64,000 nucleotides of DNA from Felis catus. Taxonomy: Eukaryota. Of this stretch, positions 25,286 to 38,499 are shown in pieces. Both the position numbers and the translations under genes were made by a program. A model generated the notes under the pieces. The model had not been told where the DNA came from, searched no databases, and saw only the letters and a list, made by a program, of their open reading frames with translations. The DNA lies in assembly GCF_018350175.1 (NCBI RefSeq), contig NC_058368.1, forward strand, positions 59,646,001 to 59,710,000. The letters are read 5' to 3'. Within the stretch, counting starts at the first letter, position 1, and each line of letters starts with the position of its first letter.

Positions 25286-25670
25286 GTACTAGGCAGTATA
25301 ATGCTGCCACTTACTGCCCCCTCCACGCAAAGATGCCCATGTCCTACTCCCTAGAATTTATGAATATTTTATGCTACATGGAAAGGGAGAATTAATATTG
25401 CAGACATAGGGGCTCCTGGTGGCTCAGCCTGTTGAGCATCTGACTCTTGATTTCAGATCAGGTCATGGTCCCAGGGTCATGGGATCCACCCCTGAGTCCA
25501 GCTGAGCGTGGGGCCTGCTTCAAATTCTCTCTCTTTCTCTCTCTTTCTAAGAAAAAAGTACAAAAAAATTGCATATGGAATTAATAATGCTAATCCTGAA
25601 AATAATGCCATCATCCTGGATTATTATGGCAGACCTAATGTCATCACAGAGTTCTTACATGTAGAAGTAA
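25286..25670 (+). mobile_element. MaLR LTR 5' part (MLT1D-like), SINE-interrupted
   Basis: aggcagtataatg..caaagatgcccatgtccta..catggaaagggagaatta..tcctggattat..cctaatgtcatcacagagttctta. Confidence 0.75.
25408..25568 (+). mobile_element. Short older Can-SINE
   Basis: ggggctcctggtggctcag...gactcttgatttcagatcaggtcatg, CT tract, A tail. Confidence 0.88.
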
Positions 25671-27423
25671 CTGGACACAAGTAAAGATCAGCTGTTCCAG
25701 TTTTTCAGTGCTTTCCCATTATAGTCCCTTCTTGTAAATGCATATGTATGCATATCTTGTTAGTTTGCACTTAAGTTTCATTGTTTTTTTAATTATTTTG
25801 CTTTATTATTTGCCTTATTGATTTATTTTTTTTAATATTTACTTATTTTTATCTTTCCTCCTGAGGTCTCTGTTGAAGTACACATTATGTTTCATTACTT
25901 ATTGGAAATGTATGGATTGTGTTTAATATGTTCGATTTTGTCTTTAAAATAATCACTTAGTGTTTAACAAAATATGTGGCCTTAATTTCCATTCTTAGCA
26001 AAGATGTATTGACTTCTTGAAATGTTTTTTGTATGTGTCAATTACCCTCCCTTTTTAATTCTCCATATTTCCTGTTCCAAGCCTCTAATTTCTTGCTTAG
26101 TGAAATAGCCTCCTATTTTTCTCCCTACCAATCCAAACATCCTCCATATTTGGAGTAAAATTCTAGGAAGAGAAAGTCATTGTTATATGCTATTGTTCTT
26201 AAAATAAACTTAAAGTCTTTACATAACAAACCTTATCTCCAACCTCACTTTGCAGCAGCCTCATGTTAATTTCATATACTCTTTTCTTTCTTTCAGGCTT
26301 TAAACAAACTAAATCCCCAGCACAAATGATTTTGCATATTTTCTAAAATTTTATAAAACAGAAAACAGCAAACTTTTATATCCCATTAATTGCTTACAAA
26401 ATAAACCATTATTTCTTAGAGTAGAATCTGACTTTTCAAAACATACCTACACTGGGAAAAAAAATTACCTATTACCTAATAACTTTTTTTTTTTAGTTAA
26501 AATCTCAGGATCTCTAAGATTACAGCTTTTACCTACCACCACAAATATTCATGTTTGAGTAAATATTTACTAAGTATGAAATATATTCCCCCTTGGGGGC
26601 TGGATTTACTGACCCTGGAAGATGGATGAACATTTATGAACTGCTTTGGTTGACCCGTGATTTTCCCAGATTGAAGTCAAATGACCTTGGCTTCTTCCTC
26701 TGATGCTGGCCATCAGTGTCGTTAGGAATGAGAATGATTGGGTAGTTTATGATGTCTACCAATATTTCTTCTCTTATGGCTCAACATTTTAAACTGTAAT
26801 TTATTGTTTGAGTTTAAATTTCACCAAGCTTCTAGCTAAGTTTTATAATTCTGGGTTAGTTTTCCAGTAGTTATTCCTTGAGGAGTCTCTTGCTCTTCAC
26901 TTGATTGCCACATAAGCACTCCACACTGAAAGACCTGTGTCTGCTTTTGAAAGGTTAAAAAAAAAAATACCATTATACTGAATTTCTCCTGACAGTTCAG
27001 GGTCTCCTCGGATGATAACTAATCTGTCCTCTAGTACATGAAGATTATTATAGAACTCACTTATGCTTCAATGTACAATGGGACAATGAGTCACTTCATC
27101 TTCGTACTGTCTTCTGCATTGCAACTCACTTATTCAAAAATCACGTCACTCCACTCTAAGGTATTCTTCACACTTGCTTCTTTCTGGCCCATATTTATTT
27201 TTGTCTTTTCCAACAGTAAATAAACTTTAATGATTATCCTTTCTGTGTTTCCTATACAAAAAATATAGTTATTTCCATTTTATGTCTATTTTTGTCTATC
27301 TAATAAAATGTTATATTTTTTATTGGTCTCAAACATTTCTGAACTTGCATATTTTTAAAAAATATCTTGCACCTTGAATTCAGAATACTATTCAAAATCA
27401 CTTCAAAAATTATTTTATATGTC

Positions 27424-27638
27424 GGGACACCTCAGTCTGTAGAGCATCGGACTTTAGCTCAGGTCATGGTCTTGCAGTTCATGAGTTCGAGCCCCGCGTT
27501 GGGCTCTGTGCTAATAAACAGCTCAGAGCCTGGAACCTGCTTCAGATTCTGTATCTCTTGCTCTCTCTCTCCGCCTCCCCTGCTCATGCTCTGCCTCTCT
27601 CTGTCTCTCAAAAATAAATAAATGTCAAAAAAATTTTT
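27424..27638 (+). mobile_element. Can-SINE (SINEC_Fc type)
   Basis: Perfect 16-bp TSD aattattttatatgtc at 27408-27423 and 27639-27654. Confidence 0.96.
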
Positions 27639-28309
27639 AATTATTTTATATGTCAATATTTTATAATCATTAAAATTTGAATGAAATATGCTATGTGTAC
27701 TAAGTTATACTTGTGAATATCCAATAACAATACATAATTATTGTGATTTTTCCTCCAATTTTGAAATCAAATCATTGAATATTTCAAAATTAAGTAATCT
27801 AAACAAATTTATAGGTCATAGCCAAATAAAAGATTTTTCTATAAACTATTGTGTTAGTTTTCCAGAAGAAAACAGAGAAAATTTAAAATATATAGACAGA
27901 CATATTCATTTTCAAACTGTGTTTGCAAATCTCATATGGAGCATAGTTTACTGATAACTAGTTTCAGAGATGATATTTAAAATTTCTTTTTTGCTTTTAT
28001 GTCTTTTTTAGCTCCAGAGACTGAAGATTAGGGTAGATTTATAAGTGACAATATAATAGCATGGGGAATGCTTTACCCAAAACGTAAGGGTGCAGTGAAT
28101 AACTAAACAAAAACTTAAACTAGTAATACAATATTAATAAATTCATGACTAATAATCATAATAAAATATAGAATTTGCAACTACTTACTCTGTTGGTGTT
28201 TACAGCCAGTCATCCTGTAGCCGATGATTTGATCCAGGAGAAATCTTTTTGAGCTCTTCTAGTTTTTATTTGAAAGACAAGTGACTACATTGTTAATAAT
28301 AGTAATAAT

Positions 28310-28480
28310 AATAGTGATAAATTTGTTAGCCCTTATAGTGTGGCATTTACCATGAATTAGCACATCTAGTCTCCATTTCGTTTTAGAAACGAAAAACTGA
28401 GGTATAGAATTTACTTAAGTTGTCAGATCAGTGAGGAAGTATCACATCCTGATTCACATAAAGGCATTTTTCCTCTACTG
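28310..28480 (-). mobile_element. MIR
   Basis: ctccatttcgttttagaaacgaaaaactgaggtatagaa antisense MIR core. Confidence 0.55.
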
Positions 28481-29789
28481 GAGGTCTTCCATGTATCTTA
28501 AAAAAACCTCTCTTAGTATTCACATGGAATATGTTTGTGAAGTACAGTTCCAGACGTATAGTCTTTTGACCTCTGCTTAGTCACATAAAAATAGGTCGTG
28601 GGCCTGGAATGCTTAAAGAGATAAAGAGCACTTAAAGAGTCTGTGCCCAGCTTATTGCCTGGTGTGGGAATATCTTTCCCTGTTTAGAACTCACTGTATG
28701 CTCCTGTGTTCAATGTAAGGATACATGTCAGTGGTGCTCAGACATGCCCGCAGCTTTCAGTATTTCAGACCCCACAGGGGAGAGGGTCAGCTGTAGAAGA
28801 TGTGTCCAGGCAAATCGGCAAATTGCCTTGTATCAGTTGCTAGGAGAGACCTGATGGACGTTGGAAACCAACGCCCAGTAGTTGGGCAGTAGATGGACGT
28901 TGGAAACCAATGCCTCAGTAGTGTTTGGAGTCCACCCCTCGGGTTAGTAAACAGTACGGACTTTTCTGCTCCCTGGGAAGCATGGTACTCTGTTAATGCA
29001 TAGCTGGCCTTAAAAAGTGGGTTATTGTATAGCAATCTTGAAGACTCCTGGAAGAAAAGATATCTAATATTTGAATGTTTCCATTTGGGTGTTCAACATT
29101 AGTAATAGCACCTCTGCACTGAGCTTGTCTCAAGTCAGGTACACTGGAATTGAACAACCCTCCAAAGAAGTGCTTACTTGACAGATAAGGAAGTCTTCTT
29201 ATCTGGCAATTCAGCATGAATTCCAGGGCCTAAATACATTGGGCTAACTCTAATTCTTGAGAACTACAAGATGCATCTGGGACACCCTCTAGTGATTCAA
29301 TGAGAGTTCAAAGTTTTTACTCTTAAGCAAATGGCTGAAATTGTGAATTTATTGTTGAGTTTTTAAGTGTGGAACATATTTTGTTGAGATTGATATTACT
29401 TGAGCAGTCTCCCCTTCTTAAGAACTATTGTTCTTGATTCTTATGCAGAAAAATATAATGACAATGGGACTGGGATAGAAGCCAATAAGTATGCAATCAA
29501 TGATGGTAGGCCTGGTTTCTTCTGAAGCACCATGCACTGACAAAATAATCATAGTGCCTCTAAAACCATGCCTCTACAGAACTCACTGGAGCCTCTGATT
29601 CTCTTTCCATGAAACATTTGAATAAGGAATGGATCCCACTGGAATAAGTAAGCATCTGGAAATCAGAAAACACCTCTCTTCCACAATGAGTGTGTAATAC
29701 AAATGAGGATTAAACCTTTGTCTTTTTGCTTAATTCACTGAGAATTTAGTTCACACTTAGAGCATCAAGCCTGAGTCAATTCACTTTGT

Positions 29790-30195
29790 ATGAACCACAG
29801 ACATTACAAACTCAGCATGTCCCAAACCAAACCTGCTTCTCTCCCATTTACCTTATTTCAGTGAATTATATCACCCTCCAGTTAGTTGACCAATTCAGAA
29901 ACCAAGATGCCATTTTGACTCTCCTTTTATCTAGTCCTATACCTAACCACTCACTAAATTCTATTATACTCATATTTTCATTTCTATCTCCACTGACATT
30001 GCACTATTTTTGTTATTGTTTTGTTGTTGTTGACACACAACTCCACCATTTTCTACATTTTCTGTAGTACAGGTTCATTCAGGTCAATTTCCTGATTTAA
30101 AATTTTAATGATTCCATGTTATTCTCTTATTTTTTTTTACTTGACAGAAAGAGTGCACACACACATTGGGGGAGGGGGGAAGTGAGCGGGGGGGG

Positions 30196-30236
<41 letters not shown>

Positions 30237-30720
30237 TCTAAGCAGTCTCCATGCTAAGCACAGAACCCCAAGCAGAACTCAGTCCCACAACTCTTAGATC
30301 ATGACCCCACCAAAATCAAGAGTTGGATGCTCAACCAATTGAACCACCCAGGTACCCTCTTTTATTTTCTTTTACACAGCATACAAGGCTTTTCATGGTG
30401 GCCTCTTATTTTCAACCTCTCCTTTCCAGTTTTCCCATTCCTAACAGACACCCTATGCTTTAGCCATGCAGAGCAGCTTTTGTCTCTCTGGACTCATCAT
30501 TCTGTCCTTCTCAATCCTAAACTGTTCAGACAAACACAGACCAGACCTTCACCCCAGGGCCTTTGAAGCTGATGGTAGTATTTTCTGCATACTGTTGTTA
30601 TTTTGCTGTATTATAGCTGTTTCATGAGGTTTAAGTCTCTGAGCAGCAGCTTTTTCTGTTTGTCTGGCTTGTTATTGTGGCCTTAATACCAAAACAGAGG
30701 CAGGCTTTGGATAACCACAT
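29790..30720 (+). mobile_element. L2 fragments
   Basis: aaactcagcatgtcccaaaccaaac..tttcagtgaat..caattcagaaacc..ccagggcctttg..aagtctctgagcagcag. Confidence 0.65.
30130..30357 (-). mobile_element. Can-SINE with expanded G and (GA)n tract
   Basis: agatcatgacc..aatcaagagttggatgctcaacc..ccacccaggtaccc. Confidence 0.9.
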
Positions 30721-31490
30721 GTAATGTGGTACAAAAATAGCTAACTCTAATTACTGAGTCAAATCTAATGATTTCAACTCAAAATTTCAGTGCTCTACTT
30801 TGCATTTTTCAAAATGGTGGCTTTTATTCATTTTACCTGCAGGAACCATCGGTATCATTCTAGTTCTCTAGTGTGATTCTAGCTCATGCTTTTTCTTTGG
30901 TGCCTGGATTTGCTAAGCAGCATCAGCATTCTTTCAGTTGTTATGGGAATGAGAGGGGAATGTTAAGTACCCTCTGAAAGAGCCTGCTACTTTCTGATCA
31001 GTGTACATGTCAGAATTATGTTCCCTGGTTTTGTACTGCCGTGGTATTGCAATTTACCCTTCCTAGGAATAATAGCTCATGGCCATTACTTGTTTAAAAA
31101 CTCAATGCTGTGTACCACATGAGTTCTACTGGAATTTAACTAGGACGTATGCAGTCTTTATTATTATGAAAAGACATAGCATATCTTGATTTCACAAATA
31201 GGGAACATTTTATTGCAATGTTCAGAAAGTTTGTGTAAATCAATATTGTGAATCTTACTACTTTGCTTTTGATTATTACTGTATTAACACTAAATTCTTA
31301 AACTCATTGTTTGAGTGAAAAAACCTGTATCCTGAAAAATATATTGTGCATGAGAGAAAGAGAAACCTTGATTGCTGTATTAAAGACACATGACTTGTGT
31401 GTGTAAATATAGGACAAACATTTGACTACTCTTCTGACATTGAAATCAAGTTTACAGAGATTATGAGAAATAAGAAATAGAAATAGTGTC

Positions 31491-31552
31491 CTTTGGTGCT
31501 CACAAGTTTTTAATTTTGATGAGGCCTAACTTACTATTTCTTCAGTTACTCA
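31491..31552 (+). repeat. 62-bp exact copy of 33709-33770, between two copies of a ~30-bp flank
   Basis: ctttggtgctcacaagtttttaattttgatgaggcctaacttactatttcttcagttactca is identical at both sites. Confidence 0.95.
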
Positions 31553-32667
31553 AGCTTACAGAGATTATGAGAAGTAGGAATGCAAAATAAATAAGTTATC
31601 TTACTGAAATTATGCCCATTATAGAGGATCCATAAAATTCAAATTTGAACTACACTGCTTTCAGGAATTATTTTCACAATATTTTTTTAGAAGTCTTCCT
31701 GAAGTCAAAGGACCCAGAGGATTTGATCCCTCTGACTTGCTGAGCTCATCTCTTTCTCGTTTTAAATCCACAGTTGGCACTCTTTGAATGCCATGGTTTC
31801 CACTAAGCCTGTGCTCACTTTCAGCTAGCCCTGCTTCCACAGTGGGCAGAGAGTGCTTGATCCATGCTGCCCTCCTATTAGTGGGATCATCTTGCAGAGA
31901 AAATTCACTAAGCCTTACTTCAAATCATGTTTTAAGATGCTTGTCATGTAACCCCAGCCCACCATCTAATAAACATCCCAGTGCTTCAAGCTTAGCTTAG
32001 GTGCACAGACATTTCTTCTAGGCTCTGTTTTGTTCTACTGTAAAGAGATTGTAAAAATCACAGCTATTTTTTTATTCTGTTAGAAAAAAGAAACTATCAG
32101 TAAGGTCACTTCTATTAAATTAAAAGAAGAGGAAAATAAATACTTCAGTCTTATGTTTGTCTTGCTTTCACTCTTTCTCTGAGTTGTCTTATGGCATTGT
32201 GTTATATACCCCAAGAAGCAATAGATATGAGAAACACAGGTGTTGTGGCTGGAGAAAATCATGTGACATTAAAACCAAAGTTTAAAACAATCAGTATATA
32301 TATTATTAATTTGATGCTGCCTTTGGGAATAAAAATAAGATATGAAGCCTAGCCTAGGAATACAGGGAGGGGAATAGGAATAGTGATTTATAAATAATAG
32401 AAAAATCAAGAAGAGAGCAGTGACTTTTATACAGAATTTTTTTATCATTTCTATGTAAACACAGGGATCTTTAACCTCTGCTCTTTGTAGCTGCATAAAT
32501 TTCTGGGAAACAAAAATGACTATTATGTGCCAGTGGAATCATTGTCTTGTTTCCAGTGACTGAAAAGAGTAACTGGCAACAATAAGCTATTTGCTATTTT
32601 AAAAAATAATTCACTAAATTCCTATTTTTATGTCATTTCACTAAGTGATACAGATAATATGATATAG

Positions 32668-32735
32668 ATAGATTTCCAGATAAAATGCAGGATATTCAAT
32701 CAAATTTGGATTTCAAATAAATCGCATATAGTTTT
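32668..32735. mobile_element. MER53-like DNA transposon fragment
   Basis: ccagataaaatgcaggatattcaatcaaatttggatttcaaataaa resembles the recalled MER53 consensus. Confidence 0.55.
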
Positions 32736-32737
32736 TC

Positions 32738-34112
32738 ATTTCTTATTGGGGTGAAATCCACAGAACATAAAATTAACCATTTTAAACTGTACATTTCTAT
32801 AACATTTATATATCAGGAGTGTTCTGCAACTACCACCTAAATCAAGTTCTAAAACATTTTCATCATCTTACAAGGTAATCTCATGCCTATTAAGCCGTCA
32901 CTCCTTACTCCTCCCTCCTCCCAGCCCCTGGCAACTACCAATTTGCTTTCTATCTCTATGGATTTATCTATTCTTGGTATGTCATATATATGGAATTACA
33001 TAACCTGAGACACTTTGTGTTTGGATCTTTTCATGTAGCATAATGTTTTCAAGATTCACCTATTATGTATCATCCTTTCGTAGCTGAGAAATATTCCATC
33101 GTATACATATACCATCATTTACTTATTTATTTACCCATTGATGGACATTTGGATTGTTTATGCCTTTTGGCTATTGTGAATAGTGTACCTATGAACATGC
33201 ATGTACATGTACTTATCCGAGTCCTTATTTTCAGTTCTTTTCAATATACGCGTAAGAGTAGAATTATAGGCTTCTACTATCATTCTGTGATTAACTCTTT
33301 GAATAGGCACAAAACTGTTTTCCACAAGTGTTGTGACATTTTACATTTCTTCCAACAATATCGAAGTGTTCCAATTTCTCCACATCTTTGCCAACACTTA
33401 TTTTCCTTTGTTGTTGTTGTTTTAAATCTGTCTTAATAGGTGTGAAGTTGTATTTCATTGTGGTTGTGATTTGCATTGATGATGTTGAGCATCTTTATAA
33501 GCCCTTATTCTTTATTTTTATTTGTATGTCTTCTTTGGAGAAATGTCTATTCTTGTCTTTGCCCTTTTTAAAATTGGATTTTTGTTGTTGTTGTTGTTCT
33601 TAAATTGTAGCTGTTCTTTATAGACTCTGGATACTAGACCCTTATCAGACATGTGACCTGCAAATAGGTTCTGTTCTGTAAATTGTTTTGTATTTTCTTA
33701 AAAATGTGCTTTGGTGCTCACAAGTTTTTAATTTTGATGAGGCCTAACTTACTATTTCTTCAGTTACTCATGGTTTTACTGTTTGTATCTAAGAACCCAT
33801 TTCAAAATTCAATGTCATGAAGATTTATTTCTATGGTTTCTTCTTTTATACTTCAGCTCTTATGTTTAGGTGGCTGATCCATTTTGAGTTAATTTCTTTA
33901 TATTGTATGAACCAGGGAAGGATTCAGCTTCATTCTTTTGCATGTGGCTATTCAGTTGGTCAATTACCAATTGTTGAAAAGACTACTGTTTGTCACATTG
34001 AAATGTCTTGATACCCTTGTGGAAAATCAGTTGACTAGATATTTTAGAATACTTCTCGATTCCCAATTTTATCTACTGGTTTATAGGTTTATCAGATGTC
34101 ATTACCACCACA
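32738..34112 (-). mobile_element. L1MB-type 3' UTR and ORF2 C-terminus
   Basis: cataaaattaaccattttaaa..cccagcccctggcaactacc..gatggacatttggattg..tctttggagaaatgtctatt; minus frame MQITTTMKYNFTP..SVGKDVEK. Confidence 0.9.
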
Positions 34113-34114
34113 CT

Positions 34115-34380
34115 GATGCACCCTGCTTCCTGCCCCTAGCATACACACAGCTTGGCCTACAGGAGCAACAGTCAACCTTCTGGAACTGAGTAGGTGACTC
34201 TACCCTCTAGAGCCATGAAGGTGTTGACTTCACCTACTGGGTCAACACCTTCTGGGACATTGGTGGATGTGGCAGTTCTACTGACCTTTGAGCCAACCTA
34301 GGGGTCATTAGTCTCTTTTCCTGAGGGATATAACGTATGTTTCAAGCCAAGCAAACGTGGCTAAGAGTCCAGATACGCAT
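34115..34380 (-). mobile_element. Probable MaLR internal fragment
   Basis: ctgacctttgagccaacctaggggtcatt..tctcttttcctgagggatataac resembles MLT1-int. Confidence 0.4.
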
Positions 34381-37084
34381 GAGAGTTTTTCTTAAAGGTA
34401 GTGTTAAGACATCTTGGAGAAATAATTTGGAGGAAGGGATTTAGGCACTAACACAAAAATCTAGGCCAGAGTTGGCAGGGTATGGTCTAAGAAATAGCAA
34501 TTGGAATGCTTAGATTTTAGAAACATAGCACCTGGAAATTGTAAAACTCTTAAGAAATGACTAGAAATTTTAGAATTATTTTTAAAAAGTTCTTCTTTTA
34601 TTATATATCAAATGGTTTGTGCCCAAATACTTTCTGCTCACGTGAAACTTACATGAAACTGCTTGCATGAAACTGCTCAAGAGATGCTAATTTTATAATT
34701 GCCCAAAGCCGTGCTAGATTTTTTAAAAATCTGCATATTCACGTAGAACTCAAACCATGGGTAATATGGATAATTATTATCATTTGATATCAATTTTTCC
34801 ATTAAGTCATCAATTTATTTTGGCAAATTGCCTTTTGTATCTACCTATATAGTTACCTTTACCAATATTACTATATTTTGCTTTAACTTCTCTTTTTTCC
34901 CCCAATATGAATAAATGAATAAAACAGTATTGTAACTTCAGATTAATGGGCACATAAGATATAAAACTATGATTTTAGATAACATAAAGATAGAGAGATG
35001 GTGATTTATAAGAGAAGAGTTTTTTGTTTGTTTGTTTTTGTTTTTGTTTTTGTTTTCCAGCGGGGAAAAAAAAAGCTTTGCTTCTAATGCGGCAGGTTTG
35101 GTTTGGAATTATCATAGAGATCTACCAAAAACATTTAACATTTACCAACAGTATTTGCCATATGCCCATTGCAGATCTCAAATAAGAGTGGAGTTTTTTA
35201 ATACTTGAATCTAATGTAGTATTAAATAAAATAAATTGTTATAAGTTTATGGCATTAATTGTAACCACTAGGTAAATTACCTCGCTTCATTTTTCTAACA
35301 AAAACCAATGTGAGACAGTTAAAATGTTCTACCAGAGAAGGCTAAAATAAGAAAAATTAAAAAAAAAAACAGAGAATTCAGAACGTACAAAAAAAGTCAT
35401 AGGCCAGTTAAAAATTAAACTAGCACTGAGTATAGTTATAGTTTTTAAAAATAATATGTTTTTATTTATAAGATCATTCTTCTCTGTGACATAGTACAAT
35501 TGGAAGGAAATAGTACTGTATAAAAGAATTTAAAATCTTAAATCATTTCATAGTTTCAGGGGAGCTTTTGGTTTTTCAAAACACACTCAAACACGATAGA
35601 AGCTCATTGACTGCTGAAAGCAAAAAGCTAAATTATGTGATAATTTCACTAAATTGTCGTGTTCAGAGAATACTATATTATTATTAAGACATTAGATTTT
35701 CATTAAAGGTTAAGAAATTGAATGTTTCAGAAAGTGGCTTGCATTAAGTAAATTATGTATATTAATAACTAAATTAGCCTACATTGAAGAAGTATGCTAA
35801 TTTTTAACCTGCTGACTCACACTTAGAAAATTGCTAAATGCTAAAAATGTCTAAACATTTCAATTTGAGTATATCATTAAAAATGTAATGATAGATTTCT
35901 TCACTCAATTTGTAGCTCACAACTGAAAGGGTTATTTTATGTAAGTGTAATTAGCTTCCTAAAGCTTTATTTGATAAGCAGTTCCTCTGTAGTTACTACC
36001 TTATTAAAGCCAAATAACAAATTACATGATACTTGAAGCACTTTCATGTGTAAATATTTCTATTTATTATCCACGGATTTTGTAACTCTCCATTCACTCT
36101 CCCTACTTTTTTCTTGTTTTGATTGCTTATTACATCTAGGAATCATATTTCTTCACAAAATTAGTTATATTTTAACTTGTCAAATGTTATTATCGCCATT
36201 AAATTGTTACATTTTCACTTCATCACAGGCTAGAAACTCACAGGAATTGAATTACAAGGGTTGAACTAATCCTAGAAGCATGTTGCCAAGTGTGTTAATA
36301 TGGGACTGCCTTCTCAATTGTTAATTATACCAAGTTGATACTACTTTTCAAAGCAAGTGACATATTATTTCGATTCTTAAATATGGTATTTATTTATAAA
36401 TAAGCTAAGTTTTTTAAAAATACTCTGTCAAAACTACTAAACCATAATAAACTTATTTTATATCTTGTATAGCATAATTTGTCAAAACATTTATATTCCT
36501 GACATAAACATTAAGAACTTTTATGATTTTTAAAATAAAAGATCAAAGTGCATATTTGCATAAATTAACTTCAGAGCAGAGTTGTTATGTATTTCCCAAA
36601 CAGGAAAAATAATGATATATAACTAATCAAAGAGAAGCACATTAAAGGATTCAAACTTGCATGGCACCCTAGATTTAAAAAATGCGTTAAAATTAATTGA
36701 ATATTACCATCTTATAATTATTCCATACCAATTCATTTGTAGATACATTTGATCATCATGGAGCCATTACAGAATACAATGGAAAAGTTCTTTTATAATT
36801 TTCTTTCTGCTATTTATATTCAGTTCATGGTATGGATGTTAATTCCTTTAAGGCAAAACTGTAATTCCCTGAGTTAATGGTTTATTAAAGTAATTCAACC
36901 CTTCCATTTCAAAATGGTAGACTTTTCGCAGTCTGAGACTATTTTAAAATAAAAATTATGAGTGTATGAAATAGTATACATTAATAATAAAAAAGGGTAA
37001 AGGGAAAAAGAAAATTGTGTAATAATTCATTTTTGAATAGAAAATTAAAAATAAAAAAATACATGATATGAAAAGGAAGAACAA

Positions 37085-37610
37085 AGAAAAACTTTACAGT
37101 GGACGAATGCAAACAAAACCTCAGCCAGGTGATCATATTCAGCATCAACAGTGCCTAGCCATGCTGATGGTATGAGGTGATGAAAATGGCACTTTATCTT
37201 TATAGTCTTCCTCTAAAAATTCATAACCCCAGCCCAATCATACCAAGAGCATCACACAAATCCCAGTTGAGGGATATTGTGCAAATACCTGATCCGTACT
37301 CCTCAAAACTCTTCATGTTATCAAAAACAAGGAAAGCTGTAGAAACTTTCACAGCCAAGAGACACCTAAGGAGATATAACAATTAAATGTAATGTGTTAG
37401 CCTGTATTAGATCCTGGAACAGGAAAAGAACATTAGGCATAGTTAAGGAAATTAATAATCATATATCAATACTGGTTCATTAATTATACAAAAATAATAA
37501 GATAAGATGTTAATAAATCGGGAAACTACGTTTGTGCTGAGAACTCTATGCTTTGCTGTATTTTTTCATAAACCTACAACTATTATAAGAAATAAGCTTC
37601 ATTTAAATAT
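37085..37610 (+). mobile_element. Old L1 3' UTR (L1MC/L1MD-like)
   Basis: cctcagccaggtgatca..aaatcccagttgagggatatt..tactcctcaaaact..aaatgtaatgtg..gatcctggaacaggaaaagaacattagg. Confidence 0.82.
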
Positions 37611-37706
37611 ATTAATTGTAAGGCATGTGAATCACAAAGACAATATCATTAATTTGACAGTAGTTTACATCAATCACACTTTTAGAGAAAATTTAAGAGG
37701 AAATTC

Positions 37707-37913
37707 TTTTCTTTTCTTTTTTTTTACATTTATTTATTTTTGAGAGACAGAGCACAAGTGGGGAGGGGCAGAGAGAGAAGGAGACAGAATCCGAAGCAGG
37801 CTCCAGGCTCAGCCATCAGCACAGAGTTGATGTGGGGCTCGAACTCACAAACTGCGAGATCATGACTTGACTCAAAGTCAGATGACTAACCGACTGAACC
37901 ACCCAGGCGCTCC
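37707..37913 (-). mobile_element. Can-SINE (SINEC_Fc type)
   Basis: Antisense body; TSD aggaaatt(c/a)tttt. Confidence 0.95.
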
Positions 37914-38290
37914 AAAGGAAATTATTTTCAACATATAAATGAATACACCAATAAATCATTCCTATCTTATGTTTTTGTACCTCCCATTCACCGTTAAGAT
38001 TAATGTAAAAAAGAATATATTAAAGCCACATAATGGAGGAAAATAGAGACAAAATCACTCTTAAAAAATACAGAATATATAGAAATGTATTCTAAGAATT
38101 GCCATGAACAGAAGTCCCAGAATGATACTTTTACAGCAGACCATAACTAATCCTTGACTGGTTGAAGAAGAAGATAGGAGTACTCTCTAAATAAGAGATT
38201 CATGTGCAATAGACAGTATCACTCAATGAAAGATAAATCCAAAGACCTGGTGACTACATATTTTTCAATAATATAAAAGTAAATTTTGTA

Positions 38291-38499
38291 GGGGTGCCTG
38301 GATGGCTCAGTTGGTTAAATTACGGCTTTGGCTCAGATCATGATCTCATGATTCGTGGGTTCAAGCCCTGCATTGGGCTCTGGGCTGACAACTCAGAGCC
38401 TTGAGCCTGCTTGGGATTCTGTGTCTCCCTTTCTCTCTGCCCCTCCCCTGCTCATGCTCTCTCTCTTTCAAAAGTAAGTAAACATTAAAAAAAAATTTT
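38291..38499 (+). mobile_element. Can-SINE (SINEC_Fc type)
   Basis: Sense body; TSD aagtaaattt. Confidence 0.95.

Noticed and set aside
28853..28922. Repeat-spacer-repeat with a palindromic repeat, superficially CRISPR-like
   Set aside because: Only two units, a 9-bp spacer, mammalian DNA and no cas genes; a simple tandem duplication.
30825..30900. Acceptor-like ttttacctgcag
   Set aside because: All three downstream frames stop within ~35 nt and no strong donor follows.
34641..34678. Short tandem catgaaactgct repeats
   Set aside because: Two to three imperfect units, consistent with ordinary slippage.
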